Positions 50,790-64,000 of a DNA stretch of 64,000 nucleotides are shown piece by piece. This DNA is from the human T2T-CHM13v2.0 reference genome, Homo sapiens. The first letter of the stretch is position 1, and each line of letters begins with the position of its first letter. The stretch is from the NCBI RefSeq assembly GCF_009914755.1, contig NC_060926.1; one strand, given 5' to 3'. The position numbers and the translations under genes are program-made. The notes beneath the pieces were generated by a model. That model saw only the letters and a list, made by a program, of their open reading frames with translations. It did not search any database and had not been told where the DNA came from.

Positions 50790-51800
50790 CCTTGGGAGAG
50801 AGCTGTTACTGGCCATGGTGTCATTCTTCTTCCACAGGTAGTGGTACCCCATTCCATCCCAAGTCTAGTGAGGAGTGACTACGTAATGATTCAGAGGGCC
50901 ATGGAATGTGTGGGAAATATGGGCTCAGCTTGACTCATGACTGCCAAAGGCATAGTGGCTTCAGGTAGAGGGGTAGGGGTCACTGCCTTGGGGAGGGCCT
51001 GCCTGCACTTCAGAGTGCTGGAATAAAGGAGCAAATATGCTCCCTTCCTTGTTTTATGTGGGAGAGAGAACCAATGTAGAGCCCTTAAGTCCTTCTAAGA
51101 AATCCAACTAGATGGGCCAGGGATCCCCACAGGAGAAGATGGAAATGAATGCTGTGTCCCTGGGAGCTGAAAAGCTTTCAATCTACCATCATAATTAGAT
51201 GCATCGGCCCAGGTGAAAGGGATTTCAGGAGTGGGGTCTTCTGCAAATCCATGAAAATGACTCTCGAGCAGAAACATCAACCTTAGCCATCTGTTGAACC
51301 CTGAAAATGAGAAGCCTGATAAGGAAGGTCCAGTTCAAATAAGGCTTTTCCTCTGTCTCCCCGCTGCCAGGATCTGAATGACAGACACTGTCTGGTGAGC
51401 TGCTGTTAGAGGGAGGATAAGGATCACAGTGTAAAAGATAGAAAGGAAATCAGGTGCCTCTCAAGCTCTACTCCCACAGCCCTTTCCCTTTGTCTATTTC
51501 CAGGGAGAAGCAGATCCAAACTGAGAAGGGAGAAGATGTGATAGTTGATATCACAACAAGCTTGAGTTTTGATTAATATCTTGGACAGGACATTCTATGT
51601 TCCAAATAGAGATTGTGTGTTACAAAGTGACTGCAGGACCAAAAATGAGTAGCAAATTCATGAACCTCTTAGATTTTTTTAATTTAGGACATGATGAGAT
51701 TACTGCCAGTGACTCAACTTTTAAAATACAAGGAATAACTAAATAAATAAAGTAAAATTGCACTTTTAATTGTATTTTGAAGACATCATGAGCTGTGATT
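50790..51800 (+). mobile_element. LTR78-like ancient ERV LTR
   Basis: GAAGGGAGAAG...AAGCTTGAGTTTTGATTAATATCTTGGACAGGACATTCT...GAGATTGTGTGTTACAAAGTGACTGCAGGAC, homologous to 28890-29010; left boundary uncertain. Confidence 0.5.
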
Positions 51801-53195
51801 CATTCACTTCATCTCATAGAACTTCTGCTGGTGATAATTATATTTAATATTGTTACAATCACCCCTTCCTCTCAACTTGTTGTGATGTATGTCCCCCCAG
51901 CCTCCTTCTGAAAGGTGAGTTAACACAGCTTATTAGGGTGTTACATTAGAATCACTGTTTTGGAAAAGCCAAGCATGGTGTGGGCTTCTGGTGTCAGATG
52001 TGAATGTGAGAGATGAACAGCCAAGCTCTGCAAATGAAACACAGCCTCACTCATCCCCCTTCCCTCACATGCACCACCGCCCCATCTTCAAAGTCAGGGC
52101 TGCCTCAGCATGTCACAGGAGGCAGGTAATGTCATCTTGTAAACACCAGCGATAAGCATGAGCCGAGACCCCCAGCAGCAGAGGATATAAACCGTCCTCC
52201 TGAAGCAGGATTTAATTACATTCTCCGTCAGGAAAGGAAGTTGGATTTGCTTCAGTGGAATTGCATTTTCTGCATTTGGGTGATTTGTTTATCCTATAAA
52301 ACCATTTCCCAGTACCACTACTGGAATGCTGGCAACTAGAAACCTGCGTGGCTCACTCTTTAGACTGAAGGACACTCCTGTCCCCGTGTTTACATTTCTA
52401 CCTTTCACAGCCTGGCATTCCGAGAGGCCTTTGTGAAAACAGCGCAGAGTCCTCGGGGGAAAGTGCTCAAGATTAGTGCTATAAATTCTCCTCCACGGCT
52501 CTGCTACTTCATGTTCTATAATATTCCTGAATTCCTGCATTTCTGAGGTCAAGGGTCCTGTCTTGTTGTCCAGTGTCTCATACTGAACAAAATTCTCATC
52601 TGACTCCTTTGCCCTATTATGTTTGGGGTGCCGGGCTGGTTCTCTGATGATCTCAGTCACAGCCTCTCCATCTTTTTCAAAAACAGCAATTTGTGGATGA
52701 GTTGTGTGCTGGCGGTATTTTCTTTAAACAGTTCTCTATGTTAAAAATGTTGCCAATCAGAATATCTTCAGATATAACAAATGTTAAAGTACACAAGAAG
52801 TCCTCGGTTCAGGGCTTCAAGGAACTCACCTGGATGCAAATCAAAGAATCAGTTGTCAGCTTGGACAAAGCCAAGAGGTAAAGAAGTGGACAATTTGGAT
52901 CTAGTCCTTAAGGAATAACCATATGGATTATTTCATGCTCAAATGTACCCCATTTCTATAGCACTTGGGAAATATATGAGTGTAAATGAATATTTAACAA
53001 CTCATCGTTGGGAATTTCTGAATATCCTCAAATTGTAGAGATTCCAGTCATGGGGCTACAGACCCAAGCTATGAATACGTGTGTTTAGAAAAGAGAGCCT
53101 TTCTGCCCTAGTCCCAGCCATTGTTTCTGGTGGATGCAGCAACATCCTCCTACCCCCTCTCCCTGATTCTGTCTTTTGCCACCTTTAGCACATTC

Positions 53196-53402
53196 CAGTG
53201 GTGCTCAAGCAGAATGACTTTGCCCCCCATTTGGCAATGTCTGGAGACAGTTTTTGTTGTCATAACTAGGGGGTAGGGGGTGACATTATAGCTTTATTAG
53301 GGAGAAGCCAGGGGTGCTGGTAAACATCCTACAATGCAGAGGAATCTCTGTTACAACAAGGAATCATCCAGTCCAAAATGTCAGTTGTGCAGAGAAACCC
53401 TG
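53196..53402 (+). mobile_element. MER20
   Basis: CAGTGGTGCTCAA...TTGGCAATGTCTGGAGACA...AAACATCCTACAATGCA...GAGAAACCCTG; degenerate TSD GCACATTC / GTGTATTC. Confidence 0.9.
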
Positions 53403-53808
53403 GTGTATTCCCACACTGCAGCAGGAACAATCCTTTTAACATTTACAGCAGATAATGTTACTCCTCTGGTCAGAACCTCTCAGTTGTTTTTAGTGTCCAC
53501 TGGAGTATAAGTCAGAGTTCCTCACAGCTTATAAAGGTCAAGATGACCTGTTCCTGCTCTCCCTGACTTCACCTCCTGCTGCTTTCTTTTTGCTCACTCC
53601 ACTCCAGCCAGGAGTTTCTCCTTGTTCCTCCAACCACTTCTCCAATCCATTCATGCTTCTGCTCAAATGTCATTTCCTTAGACAGGATTTCCCTGGCAAA
53701 TTTATATATATAAAAGCAAATACTCCATAACTTTTCCCAACCCTACACCACAGGGAAACACAATTAGATGAATTATTATCCATAGTGGTTAACCCTGTAA
53801 AATTCCCA

Positions 53809-53964
53809 CCCTCCCTTCCTTCCTTTTTTCCTTCTTTCCTCCCTCCCTCTCTCCCTTCCTCACTCCCTCCTCCCTCCCTTCCTTCCTTCTTTCCTCCCTC
53901 CCTTCCTTCCTTCCTTCTTTCCTCCCTCCCTCCCTTCCTTCCTTCCTTCCATTCTTCCTTCCCT
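53809..53964. repeat. (CCTT/CCCT)n polypyrimidine tract
   Basis: direct reading; nearly purine-free for ~150 bp. Confidence 0.95.
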
Positions 53965-53969
53965 GCAAA

Positions 53970-54400
53970 TAATATAATTAAATCCAATAACCCAACACCC
54001 AACATGAAGCTAGAACACTCACAGAAACCCATGTGAGTATCCCAAGAATTTCTTTGCCACTCCTCATTCAAGACAACTACTACCCCAAATCTTGTATTAA
54101 CAATGTTCCTGACTTCATTTGATATATGTTCACACATCTATTTGTATTTCTTTAAAAGTATTAGTTTGGGTTGCGTGTGTTTGGCTTTATGAAAAATGTA
54201 ATGTTTTAAATATATAATAACTTATTTTGTATTCCTATTATATTGCTATGATCCATCTGCAATGTTGCATGTAGTTAAAGTCATTCATTTTCATTGCTAC
54301 GTAATAGTCTCTCTTTGAATATGCCACACTTTTCTTCTCCAGCCCCCACTATATAGGACTGTGTTTGCTTCTAGGTGTTTGCCATAATGAACTTTGGAAC
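53970..54400 (-). mobile_element. ancient L1ME 3' fragment
   Basis: GATCCATCTGCAATGTTGCATGTAG...TCATTCATTTTCATTGCT...TGAATATGCCACA. Confidence 0.6.
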
Positions 54401-57400
54401 ATGTTAGGGTTTCTCTCCATATAACTTATCATCACCTGATATTTTATGTATGCACTGGCTTATTTGTTGATTGCCTGGCTCCTCTCAGTAGAATGCAAAG
54501 GCCCTGGGAACAGAGCCTCTGTTTTCCCCCTGATGTATCAACAAAGCCTAACATAGTGCCTGCTATATAATAGGAAGTCCATTTATATCTACTCTCTCCA
54601 CCTTTACCCTTTGTCCCGTTGCCTGGCTTATTATAATAGCCTTCTAAACTGTCTCCCTGCTTCTTCCCTTGCCGCCCTTAAATCAACTCTCAACATAACA
54701 GCCAGGATTATTTTGTTAAAAGTTATACAAGATTCTGTCATTTTTCTGTTCAAAAATCTCTAGCAGCCTCCCCCATCTCAAAGTAAAAGCCAAAGTCCTT
54801 ATAATAAACTATGGCTTTGTAAGATCTGGCTTCCTTCACTTCTCTAAACTTATCTCCTACTATCTGTACTCCGGGCACACTGACCTCCTTGGTACTCTTG
54901 AACACTCTACATTCACGATCCCTAGGACCTTTGCTCTTGCTGTACTCTTTGCTTGGACAGTTTTTCCCTCAAATATCTACAAAGCTTTTATCTTACTTCC
55001 TTCCCTTGTGTGCTCAAAAGTCACATATTGAGGTCTTCTCTTTTACTCCATGTAAAATTGAAACTCTGTCATCATATTCTGTCCCTTTACAGTGCTTTTT
55101 ATCCTTAGAGCTCATTGCTATTTAACTTTTTTTTTACTTATATATTTTATTTGTTTATCTCCTCTTACTGAACTACTACCTTTATAAAGCTACGATTTTG
55201 TATTCACTACTGAATCCTTGGTCCCTGGAATATGCCTGGCACATACGAGTTGTTCAATTAATACTGAATGAATAAATGAATAACGGGGAAAGTGAACATG
55301 ATAAGTAGTTGTTATTTATGCAACCACTTATTTGGGCATTCATTAGATCATAGTTATATTTTTGATGGTCTCGTGGATATCAGAATGACTTAAAACTTTA
55401 AAAATAAAATATTCCCAAAGCTACTGATGCAACCATCTGAAAAAATAGAAGATGATGTAAGACATGCACATGACTAGAGTCAGACCACTAACTCTGAAGA
55501 TCCTAATTCCTGAAGCTAGTTTTAAAATATTAAACATAATTTTTGCTTTGCATAAAGCAAGGCACAAGAATTCCTAGAGGGCAAAATCAGATCTAGACTT
55601 GGTGTTGCATTTATGGAGGAGCGAAGCACAGACCCCCTTTGCTGGAGTTTGTCACACGAGGAGCTTCTCAAGACTCCAGGGGAACAATAGTGCCTCTTTG
55701 CTGCTGGTGTGGTCTTGTGGTTCTTGAGGAAAGCAATGGTTTTGCTAAAGTTATTACAAATATTTAAAAATTATTCAGTTCTAAGTTTCAATGTGTGTTT
55801 TTAAAAATTACTTCACTCTAGCTTAATAACATTTCCAAAGAAATCTCTAAGAAAAAACAAGACTTCTGGAGGGAGCTAGATAAGAAGGGCTGAGGAGAAG
55901 ATAGGTGATTTCCGGCTGCCATGTCATTATTAACCACGAATAGAAGAAAAGAAATGCACAAGGAATAAAATTAATGTCTTTAAAAGATATGGATACATGT
56001 TAACATCAAAGAATTTTGAGCTCAGGATATGTATTTTACAATTTTAGCTAAATCTTGAATTATATGAATCTTTAAAATGTCAAGATGTGGCAAATAGGCT
56101 TCGCAATCATGGTTTGTCATCTCGTCAATGCTCTTGACTTTTGAGTTTTCATGTAGAGAAGACATTCCTTTTGCTATCATCCTTCTGATAAAATTAGCTA
56201 TGTGTGTTGTGTAGCAGTATTTCCATCCACACACAAGGGTGTGACTTGGCATTCTTTGTTACAACTGCTACTCAACCACTTATTTAAAATAAAAGTCTAA
56301 AACTGAAATCCTCTAATGAGTTGGAAAAGTTTTGCTTTAAAAATTATCCTTTTAGAGTGATTTCCAGTGCCATTTAGGGGATATAAGGAAGGAAATTCCA
56401 AGGTGTCTGTATTTTATCTGCAAATAAAACGATCATGTGACCACATGCCTGTTTGATCTGTGCCTGGTAGCTTAGCATGGCTACAGCAAAAGACGCACTT
56501 GCTATAATCATTTCAACCCCCACCCAACCCAAATCATCAACATTTCTCATCAAAGGAGAACATTTACATGCTCTGAAACATTGAATGAAAATAAGTGAAA
56601 ACCTCTTCAGATATTTGTTTTAAAAATTCTCTGAGAGTACATAGAGTTTGGATCATGAAAGCAGAACTCAATTCATACTTCTGATCCTTCCCGGTTTCAC
56701 ATTTTTAAAAAATGTTATTTCACCACCTCCATGATCAGAAGGCGATGAGCTTGCTTTGTTTCCCAACTGACCTATTCATATCAAGTTAGTTACACTCACT
56801 TAAGTCTCCCCACCACCTTTGGCCAATCCCACAGAGCCCTCCTATGGAGCTGGAAACTCATATAGAGACTTTTGTTTTTTATAGAGAATTCAATAGCTCA
56901 ATGCCACAAGACACCCTTTCTTATTAAAACGAGAAAGAAATGCATGGAAGTTGTTAAAAAAAAATCATTTTCCATTAGTAAAAGTTACATGATTGGAAAG
57001 AGAAGAGCACATTGCTGTAATTACCAGTACATTAAGCAGGGGATGAACAGCTGCGTGAACTTGGAGTCAGTAGAATAACAGCCACCGAGCCAGCTTCCCC
57101 ATATGGTCCAAGCAAGGAGGTGGGGCTTCTAGCTGCCTGGGGGTTGGGGAGAGGTGAGGAGGGGGCAAACGAATCCCATTCAAGTAGGAAATGTAAGCCA
57201 AGAAATGTCTGGCTTCCCAATCCAAACCCAGATTTCTCTGTGCTGCACTGGAAAAATCCCCCTGGCCTCCATAACAAAAACCTCTAAAATCAATGTTGTC
57301 TTTTCCTAAAGAGAGCAAAATGTGAGCGTTTTCAGACTTTTGGCTACATTGCTACTAATAGAAAAGACGACCTCAGAAGGACTTAGTCACTTCCTCAGCT

Positions 57401-58455
57401 TTTTGGGGTGTGGCTATGACTTGGAATTATTGGTATCACTTAGTAAACACTGTTTGATCTAGCATTTGCCTTCTCTCCCAATTAAAAATAGAGTCTGGCC
57501 AACAATGACAGGTCCCCACCACCAGGTATTGGCCTCAGTCTGTTTCAGTGAAAAGCATTACAGCCTTCTAATTGGCATTCTCTTCAGAATTTGGCAAATT
57601 TGGTCAAAGCAGACCAGCACTATAGTAACCTTTCATTATCAATGCAAATCCTAACAGAAAAGCATTCCATTCTTCTTACATTGTACGTCATAAATGAAAC
57701 ACAATAAATTTTATTGTGAAACCTCCTAGGAAGACATTCCTGAATAGACAAAGCAGAAAATGCTTGCATTATACTAAACAGAGCTAAAATTTGATAGTTG
57801 CTGGAAGGGTTGGCTATAAGGAATCTAGCTGTTTACAGGGGAAATACCAAATAGGCTACATCATTTGCAAGGAGATGTTTTTGTAAGTACCATGTCCAAA
57901 ACCATTTGGGTTTCAACTATATGAAGGTTATTATTGCAGAGAATGGTGACCAGCTGTTCTTCATTGCCTCCGAAAACAGAATGAGAGAAAAAATGGCATT
58001 AAAGTGGAATTGGAAGAATTGAAGCTTCCTAAAAATTTGAGTTTGTTAACAGGAGAAGGATCCACACTAGGGAGTTATAAAATGAATGCCTTTCATTTTC
58101 TGTTGCTTTTAGAAATAAAAAGTGGCACTTTTAAGACAATTCAGGTAAAATTTTGTCCATCAATAAAATACTGAATTTGATAATCTTACAAATTTCTATT
58201 AAAAATAATTTCAAAAATATTTAAGAAATATGACTATTGGAAATTAGGCTATGTCTGGAGAATAATTCATCCAGTCATGCTATGGTGTCAGGGAATATTG
58301 TAAAATGAGAGAGTATTATTAAAAGAATCCTGTCGGAAATGTGTGCATTTCATGCCATAGATTTATGCAGGCATATTCTAGGAAGAAGGATAATGACTTC
58401 CCTGTAAATTAATATTGTCTTCAGAAATATCTAAATTTACAAATAAAAGATAAAC

Positions 58456-58771
<316 letters not shown>

Positions 58772-59420
58772 AAAAGAAAAACAATAGTATTCTACTCAAT
58801 AGAATAGACACACTGCTATCTCTTAGAAAATTATTAGATTGATGAATACATAGATGTAAAAACATCATTTGGTGGGTATCAGGATTTCCACTGATAGTTG
58901 ATTTGTGGACTCTCAAGAAATTTATACCTGTATTCAAACACATACTGTGATATTAACTTGCAGGACTTTCTTAATAAACCAACTGTGGGAAGGACACACA
59001 TTCCTAGACTTTCATTCACAGGGCAAATCCATCATTGCCAGACTTCTGCTTTCCATAGAACACTCACTTTTCTGTTTTCTATTCAACTTGAATGAAAATT
59101 TCTACTAGATCTCATTCCAAATCCTCCCATGGGACAGAGCTACCTTTCAGCAATCAGTGCTTTACCAAGGGCCGCACTCAAATTTGAACATCTCAGTAGA
59201 CATGGAATCAGAAGCGAGGGATTACTGAATTTCACTCTGAAAGCTTTTCTTCTCAGATACTGTAATAAAAAAGCACCACCTTCATCTCAGATGATTTGCA
59301 GCTTTTCTGACAGCTAACGTTTATCTCTGTGACTCTTGCATTCTAGGGAAAAAATACAATTTGTAGATAACTTTAAATATTTACATTTTTTTTCCAAGCA
59401 GGAAGCAAAGGGTAAAACAA

Positions 59421-59421
<1 letters not shown>

Positions 59422-59462
<41 letters not shown>

Positions 59463-59469
59463 GCACACA
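59422..59469. repeat. (CA)n microsatellite
   Basis: direct reading. Confidence 0.97.
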
Positions 59470-59814
59470 AAGTTTCACTACATAGATACATCTTGATTTA
59501 AAATTCCTGGGCACTTAGGCTGCATGTCATGGCCCTCTGCGTGAGTTAAGTGGAGTCAGAGATTTCTGCCAAGTTATAGAGCTGGTTACTTACTTCAGGA
59601 AATATTCAGTTATTTCATTTGAAGTATGAAATTGCAGGAGCATCCAAAAGTTTACCAGGGTCTAAAACTACAAGTGAGCTTGTTATTTGTCTCTACTCTT
59701 TATCCTTCTATGGAGTAGTTCCAAGGGATCCTTTGAACCAGCTGCCCAGTTTTCATCCCTGTAAATAAATTTTTCTTCACACAGTACAGGGTCAACTTCT
59801 GAAGAAGAGACCGT

Positions 59815-60046
59815 TTATCATGGTAGTTAAAAGCACAGACTCAACCCAGACTGAATGGGCTCTAATTTCAGTTTTGCCTCTTAACAGCTGTGTGCCCTTT
59901 GGGTAAGATACTTAACCTCTCTGAGCCTCAGTTTCTTCCCCTGTAAAACTGGGATTTAATAGCATCTTTCTTAATTGGTTGTTTTGAGGATTTTAAAAAG
60001 TACTCAGAATCTTACCAGACTGTTTGCCCACAGCTCAGTAAATATG
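59815..60046 (+). mobile_element. MIR
   Basis: TAGTTAAAAGCACAGACTC...TACTTAACCTCTCTGAGCCTCAGTTTCTTCCCCTGTAAAA. Confidence 0.85.
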
Positions 60047-60551
60047 CACAGAGGTTGAGAACAGAAGGAATGAAACAGATCAGCCCAGAAAGACCACATG
60101 ATCAAAAATCACCACTTTCCATACAGTAAGACAAATACAATACTCTTTAATATTTATCTTGGTGCAGCAGTGTATTAAGCCTGATTTTATTTTGAAGCAG
60201 AGGTAAAACTTATTTTACTTGCAGATATAAAACATTGCATAAAACTGTTCATGATGACCAGTTGCTGGGAAGTGGGGAGGATGTCATACTAGTAATTGTC
60301 CACACTGTCTACTTATCTTGTGCCTCTTCTGAACACAGTAGTAATAAATAGATGGGAAAGAAAAAATTACATGAAAGGTCTGATGAGTCCATTGTAACCA
60401 ATTTGTACTATGTCCAAGAGAATGAGTCCCTAAAGTTTGGACCCTTCTTTATCCTTCATTCGTTGACCCCTTCCCAGAGTTTAGAGGCTGTCTTTATCCT
60501 CCCAAACCTTTCAAGACCAATTATCAGTATGATTTTCTTCACTTCTCACAT

Positions 60552-61130
60552 ATTTATTCAATCATTCATTTAACCAAAATTAGTTGAGCACCTACAGAGT
60601 CTTGGACTCTGCAAGACAGAGCAGGGGAGGAAGTTTGGGAGGGAAAGGTGTGAAGAAAGCCTTAGATGCACAAAGGTGAGTAAGATACAGTTCTCACCTT
60701 CAAGGAACTCATGGCCTATGTATAAAACAAACACTCCAAAGCCAACAAAGATTAGAAGAAAGATCACACGACGCATTATAAAATGGGGTGTGGGCAAGAA
60801 ACCAAGTAGGAAGGAAGTAGCCAGCTCTGCTTAGAAAAGGTGGGAAGTTATCTCAAATAAGAAGGTGCTTGATTTTTAGGGCTACAAGAAAAGTTGTGAT
60901 TCACTGGGTGACGACAGGGAAAAGAAGAGGCCAGGAAGCAGCTCGGGCAGAGGAAATGTCACATGCAAAGACACCAAGGCCTGGAAGAACATCAAATGAA
61001 TATTGCATGCCTTATCATGTTTACGGTTGGAATGTAGTTTGTGTTGGGCAGAACTGGATTTGCAAACATAGCAATGGCCCAGGTCTCTTCAGAGAGTCAC
61101 AAGTAATGGTAAGGTAGGAGGCCACTTATG
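60552..61130 (-). mobile_element. L2 fragment
   Basis: ATTCAATCATTCATTTAACCAAAATTAGTTGAGCACCTAC...CCTTCAAGGAACTCATGGCCTA...GCAAAGACACCAAGGCCTG. Confidence 0.7.
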
Positions 61131-61619
61131 AAGTCTGCTCATCTGATTTCCTGCCTGAAGGAAGGGAGGAAGAGTCCATAGATGCAACAGCCTTCAGGCA
61201 TTTAAATGAAGAACGTGCTGATTTTCTTTAAAAATCAGCTTCTGGGAATTCTGGAAGATAGGGAGCTGGATATTATCTCCTGTTTTGCCTATGTCACATC
61301 CAAACATCTTAAAAGAGACAATTCTTAATGTTACAAAGAAATTATATGAACTCATAGTCACTTTGTTAATGTCATAGTTTCTCTGGATATATAGCATTTA
61401 CTTACACATTACCTAAATCAAATAAATTAATATATTGTGCTAATGACATAGAAATTTGCATTAAATAGCCTTTGGTCTAATAAATATTGCTATCCACCTC
61501 AAATCCTGCCAGTCAACTATCCTGAAAGAGAGACACTGTAATAAAATAATGAAATCAGCCTTTTGCACTTGTGACTGTGTCAAACTAAATGCAAGACATA
61601 TCTCCAGAGCTGGAAAATT

Positions 61620-61900
61620 ATATTCTCATTTATTTAATAAATAGTTACTGCTGACAGAGGTATCACAAGGTTGGGTCAGAAGACACTTTTCCTGTCCTCT
61701 CGGAGTTTACAGGATAATGGATTTAAATGAAAAATAATGGAAAGAAAAGAAAGGCCCTTGAACAGATGTCACTGATGCCTCTGCATATCACTGAAGCTCC
61801 TATCTGAGCAGGCATTTAAGAAGCTGGGCCTTGAAGAAGGAAAGATGGAAGCACATTCAGGCATAGAAAAAGCAATAAGCCAAGCCTATGCAAATAGACC
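61620..61900 (-). mobile_element. L2 fragment (degraded)
   Basis: CTCATTTATTTAATAAATAGTTACTG...CCTGTCCTCTCGGAGTTTACAG...GCTGGGCCTTGAAGAAGG. Confidence 0.5.
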
Positions 61901-64000
61901 CAGAGGGTTGGAGGTTGTTTCTGAAACAATGTTGAGGCCACTCAAAGAGGCCTTTTTACGGCTAAATTTCAGATCAGGAAGACAAACAAACTCATGCAAC
62001 TTAGAAGGAGAGTTGCCCAGTTAGGAGAGGTAAGAGTGGAACATGGTGATCTCTACCAGATAGACCACATCTTGGACTCTCACGCATCCTGTAAGCTCCT
62101 TCTCCAATGAAAATCATAGGACTCTTCAAAGTCATATTTGAAACAACAGCAAAGTCTGCAGTAAACACTGTGATATTTGATCCTGTTCCATCTACATAAT
62201 AGAGCTATAAAAAATGATCTGGATTAGGCCTACCAACTTTAAATCTGATAGGACTCAATCAGTGCAGGTTTTCATGGCTCTGCTATATGGATGAAAAAGG
62301 GACAATGATCATAGCATTTACTTTTCTTCTCCAGTTTCTCAGAAAGCAGCATGAGTCAGCCTTCTTCAAAGAGCGAAGATGGAATCTGAGTTGGTAAACA
62401 CATTGTGTGGTGGACTTTTGAGCGGCACTGTGCCTCTTCTTGCCCATCAATAGAGGGCAAACAAAAACAACAACAAAAAGAATGTGTGCTAAATCTGGAA
62501 GTATTGTTCATGAAGCTAAACTACCAAGCAGGTGAAGCACCTTAATCCCAGACTCCACCACCTATAAAATCTGCCCAATTCCTTCAGCATTTGTGAACAA
62601 CACTGTAAGAGGAATTCTTAGGACAAATAAATGGGGGTGGTGTGAATTAAAAGAGAATAACACCTGTCTCTGCAGCTGGTCAACAGACCTCACTTTAATG
62701 TGCTGTCTACTGGGAAATGGAGGCGTCTCATGTTACCCGGAGGCCTTGGCCTACACTGGAGTCTGCAGAAAGGAATTCTGTGACCAGAAGATGTGAGGCT
62801 TGGTCCGTGGCCAAAAACAATGGTGAAAGGTACAAAATGAAAAGTTCTGTCAGGACAAAAGCACTCAATCACAGAACAACACACAACTTGGCTGTTTGAA
62901 GAAATGAACCCCAAACCAAAGTCACAACTGGATTAACAACTGGTTGATCCCCTTTTACCTTCTAATGCTTCTCTGGCTGTCGGACACTTATTGAAATAGG
63001 AATGAAGAGATTACAGCCGCCAGCAGCATACAGTGTCTTCATTTAGGGCTGGTTCTGGCTGGTCACGGAAAAGCAACTTGCAAGATTTATGCTTCTCTGC
63101 CTTCTATCCATATTTTTTTCCATTAAAGGGGGAATTTAGAGCAAAGTTACCAATGTAACTCCAACCCAGTGCTGGAGAAGTCCTCGCTGACTTGCAAAAT
63201 AACTGTGGCTTCAGCAGAATTGGGTGCCCAATGGTAACAGAGGTGAAGCCCATAAAAATGGTGTGCACATATTTTAAAACAGGAGAAAAGACCCTATTAT
63301 TCAGTCCACATTGGCTCTAGTGGTTGGTTTGTCCCATAGAACACATCTAAGTTTGAATAATGGGAACAAATAAAGTAAAAATGGATTGCTCTTTCCAAGA
63401 AATATATAAAAGGGTTTATATCTGTACATGTAGAGAAAGATGTTTATGTAATGTATAGGCCACAGATCAGAGAAGCTATTAAAGTTCTTTGAAGAAATCT
63501 GGACTATGAAAGGACCAAAAGTTAAAGAAGAAAAGAGCTGCTGGTGGTTTTAGGTCACAGGGACTTGAACGTCCATCATAGGCCTGGGAGTGAAGACAGG
63601 CTTGTGTGGTTAAAGCGTGGGCCCATGACTTCTACGGGCCAGGAAGAGACTGTTGCTTTCTCCCCTAGACACTGATGCCTGGAAATCCTCTAATAGGGAT
63701 AGAGCTATACACATACCTATCAGAGCCTGGAAAAAATGCAGAAATGTTAGAAAGGTACCCGTAAATAAAAATCACAATGAGCCCTAACTGACTGAAATTG
63801 ATCTGAAGTACAGAGAAGGGTGGTACAGGAAATCAGGAATGCCTCAGCCTCATGAAAGAATGGAGCTTTAAGAGGGCACCTCAGAGTGGGGTCCATGAAG
63901 CAGGAAGTGAAGCTGTAGACACAAACATCAAGGTTTTTCTCTTTGACTTTGGATGGATGTGGGTTCTGACAGTAACAGACAGAATTTATTGGGTCAACAC

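Larger units (their letters stand above)
53090..55282 (+). mobile_element. nested L2 fragments (interrupted by MER20, a simple repeat and L1)
   Basis: TTGCTCACTCCACTCCAGCCA; TAGAATGCAAAGGCCCTGGGAACAGAG; AAAGTAAAAGCCAAAGTCCTT; terminus TGCCTGGCACATA...CTGAATGAATAAATGAAT. Confidence 0.75.

Noticed and set aside
45316-51914. Possible microexons 45316-45331 (16 nt) and 51901-51914 (14 nt)
   Set aside because: Not multiples of three and no coding host gene identified; AG...GT pairs like these arise by chance
52289-52660. 123-aa minus-strand ORF
   Set aside because: Non-ATG start, no recognisable homology, no convincing exon boundaries
57635-57650. OCT-SOX-like CATTATCAATGCAAAT
   Set aside because: SOX half-site and spacing do not fit the CATTGTNATGCAAAT composite

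Overview
AT-rich primate (human-like) non-coding DNA, intronic or intergenic. I recognise no protein-coding exon, rRNA, tRNA or CpG-island promoter. The ORF track is explained by Alu, L1, L2, LTR and microsatellite sequence or by chance. The window is repeat-dense: about 14 Alu elements or fragments (AluJ, AluS, AluY), several LINE-1 relics, many L2/MIR fragments, solo LTRs (MER65-like, LTR23-like, MLT2A1, several MLT1, two LTR78-like) and hAT MITEs (three MER20, MER58B, MER5A, Charlie-like). Repeat family names come from my recall of consensus sequences, not from a search, and boundaries of old repeats are approximate. Best leads: (1) a ~100-nt long-stem hairpin at 11.5 kb that overlaps a candidate 90-nt cassette exon and buries its acceptor AG; (2) a twin-primed, 5'-inverted L1PA; (3) two perfect 13-bp hairpins inside L1 copies that look like template-switch scars; (4) a TSD-bounded MLT2A1 LTR retaining DUX4-like motifs and a splice donor; (5) compact MEIS/PBX/HOX and GATA-MARE motif clusters in unique sequence; (6) closely spaced inverted Alu pairs; (7) several + strand non-coding exon candidates suggesting a spliced lncRNA. 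None of these is shown to be functional, and I cannot claim a new biological system from sequence alone.
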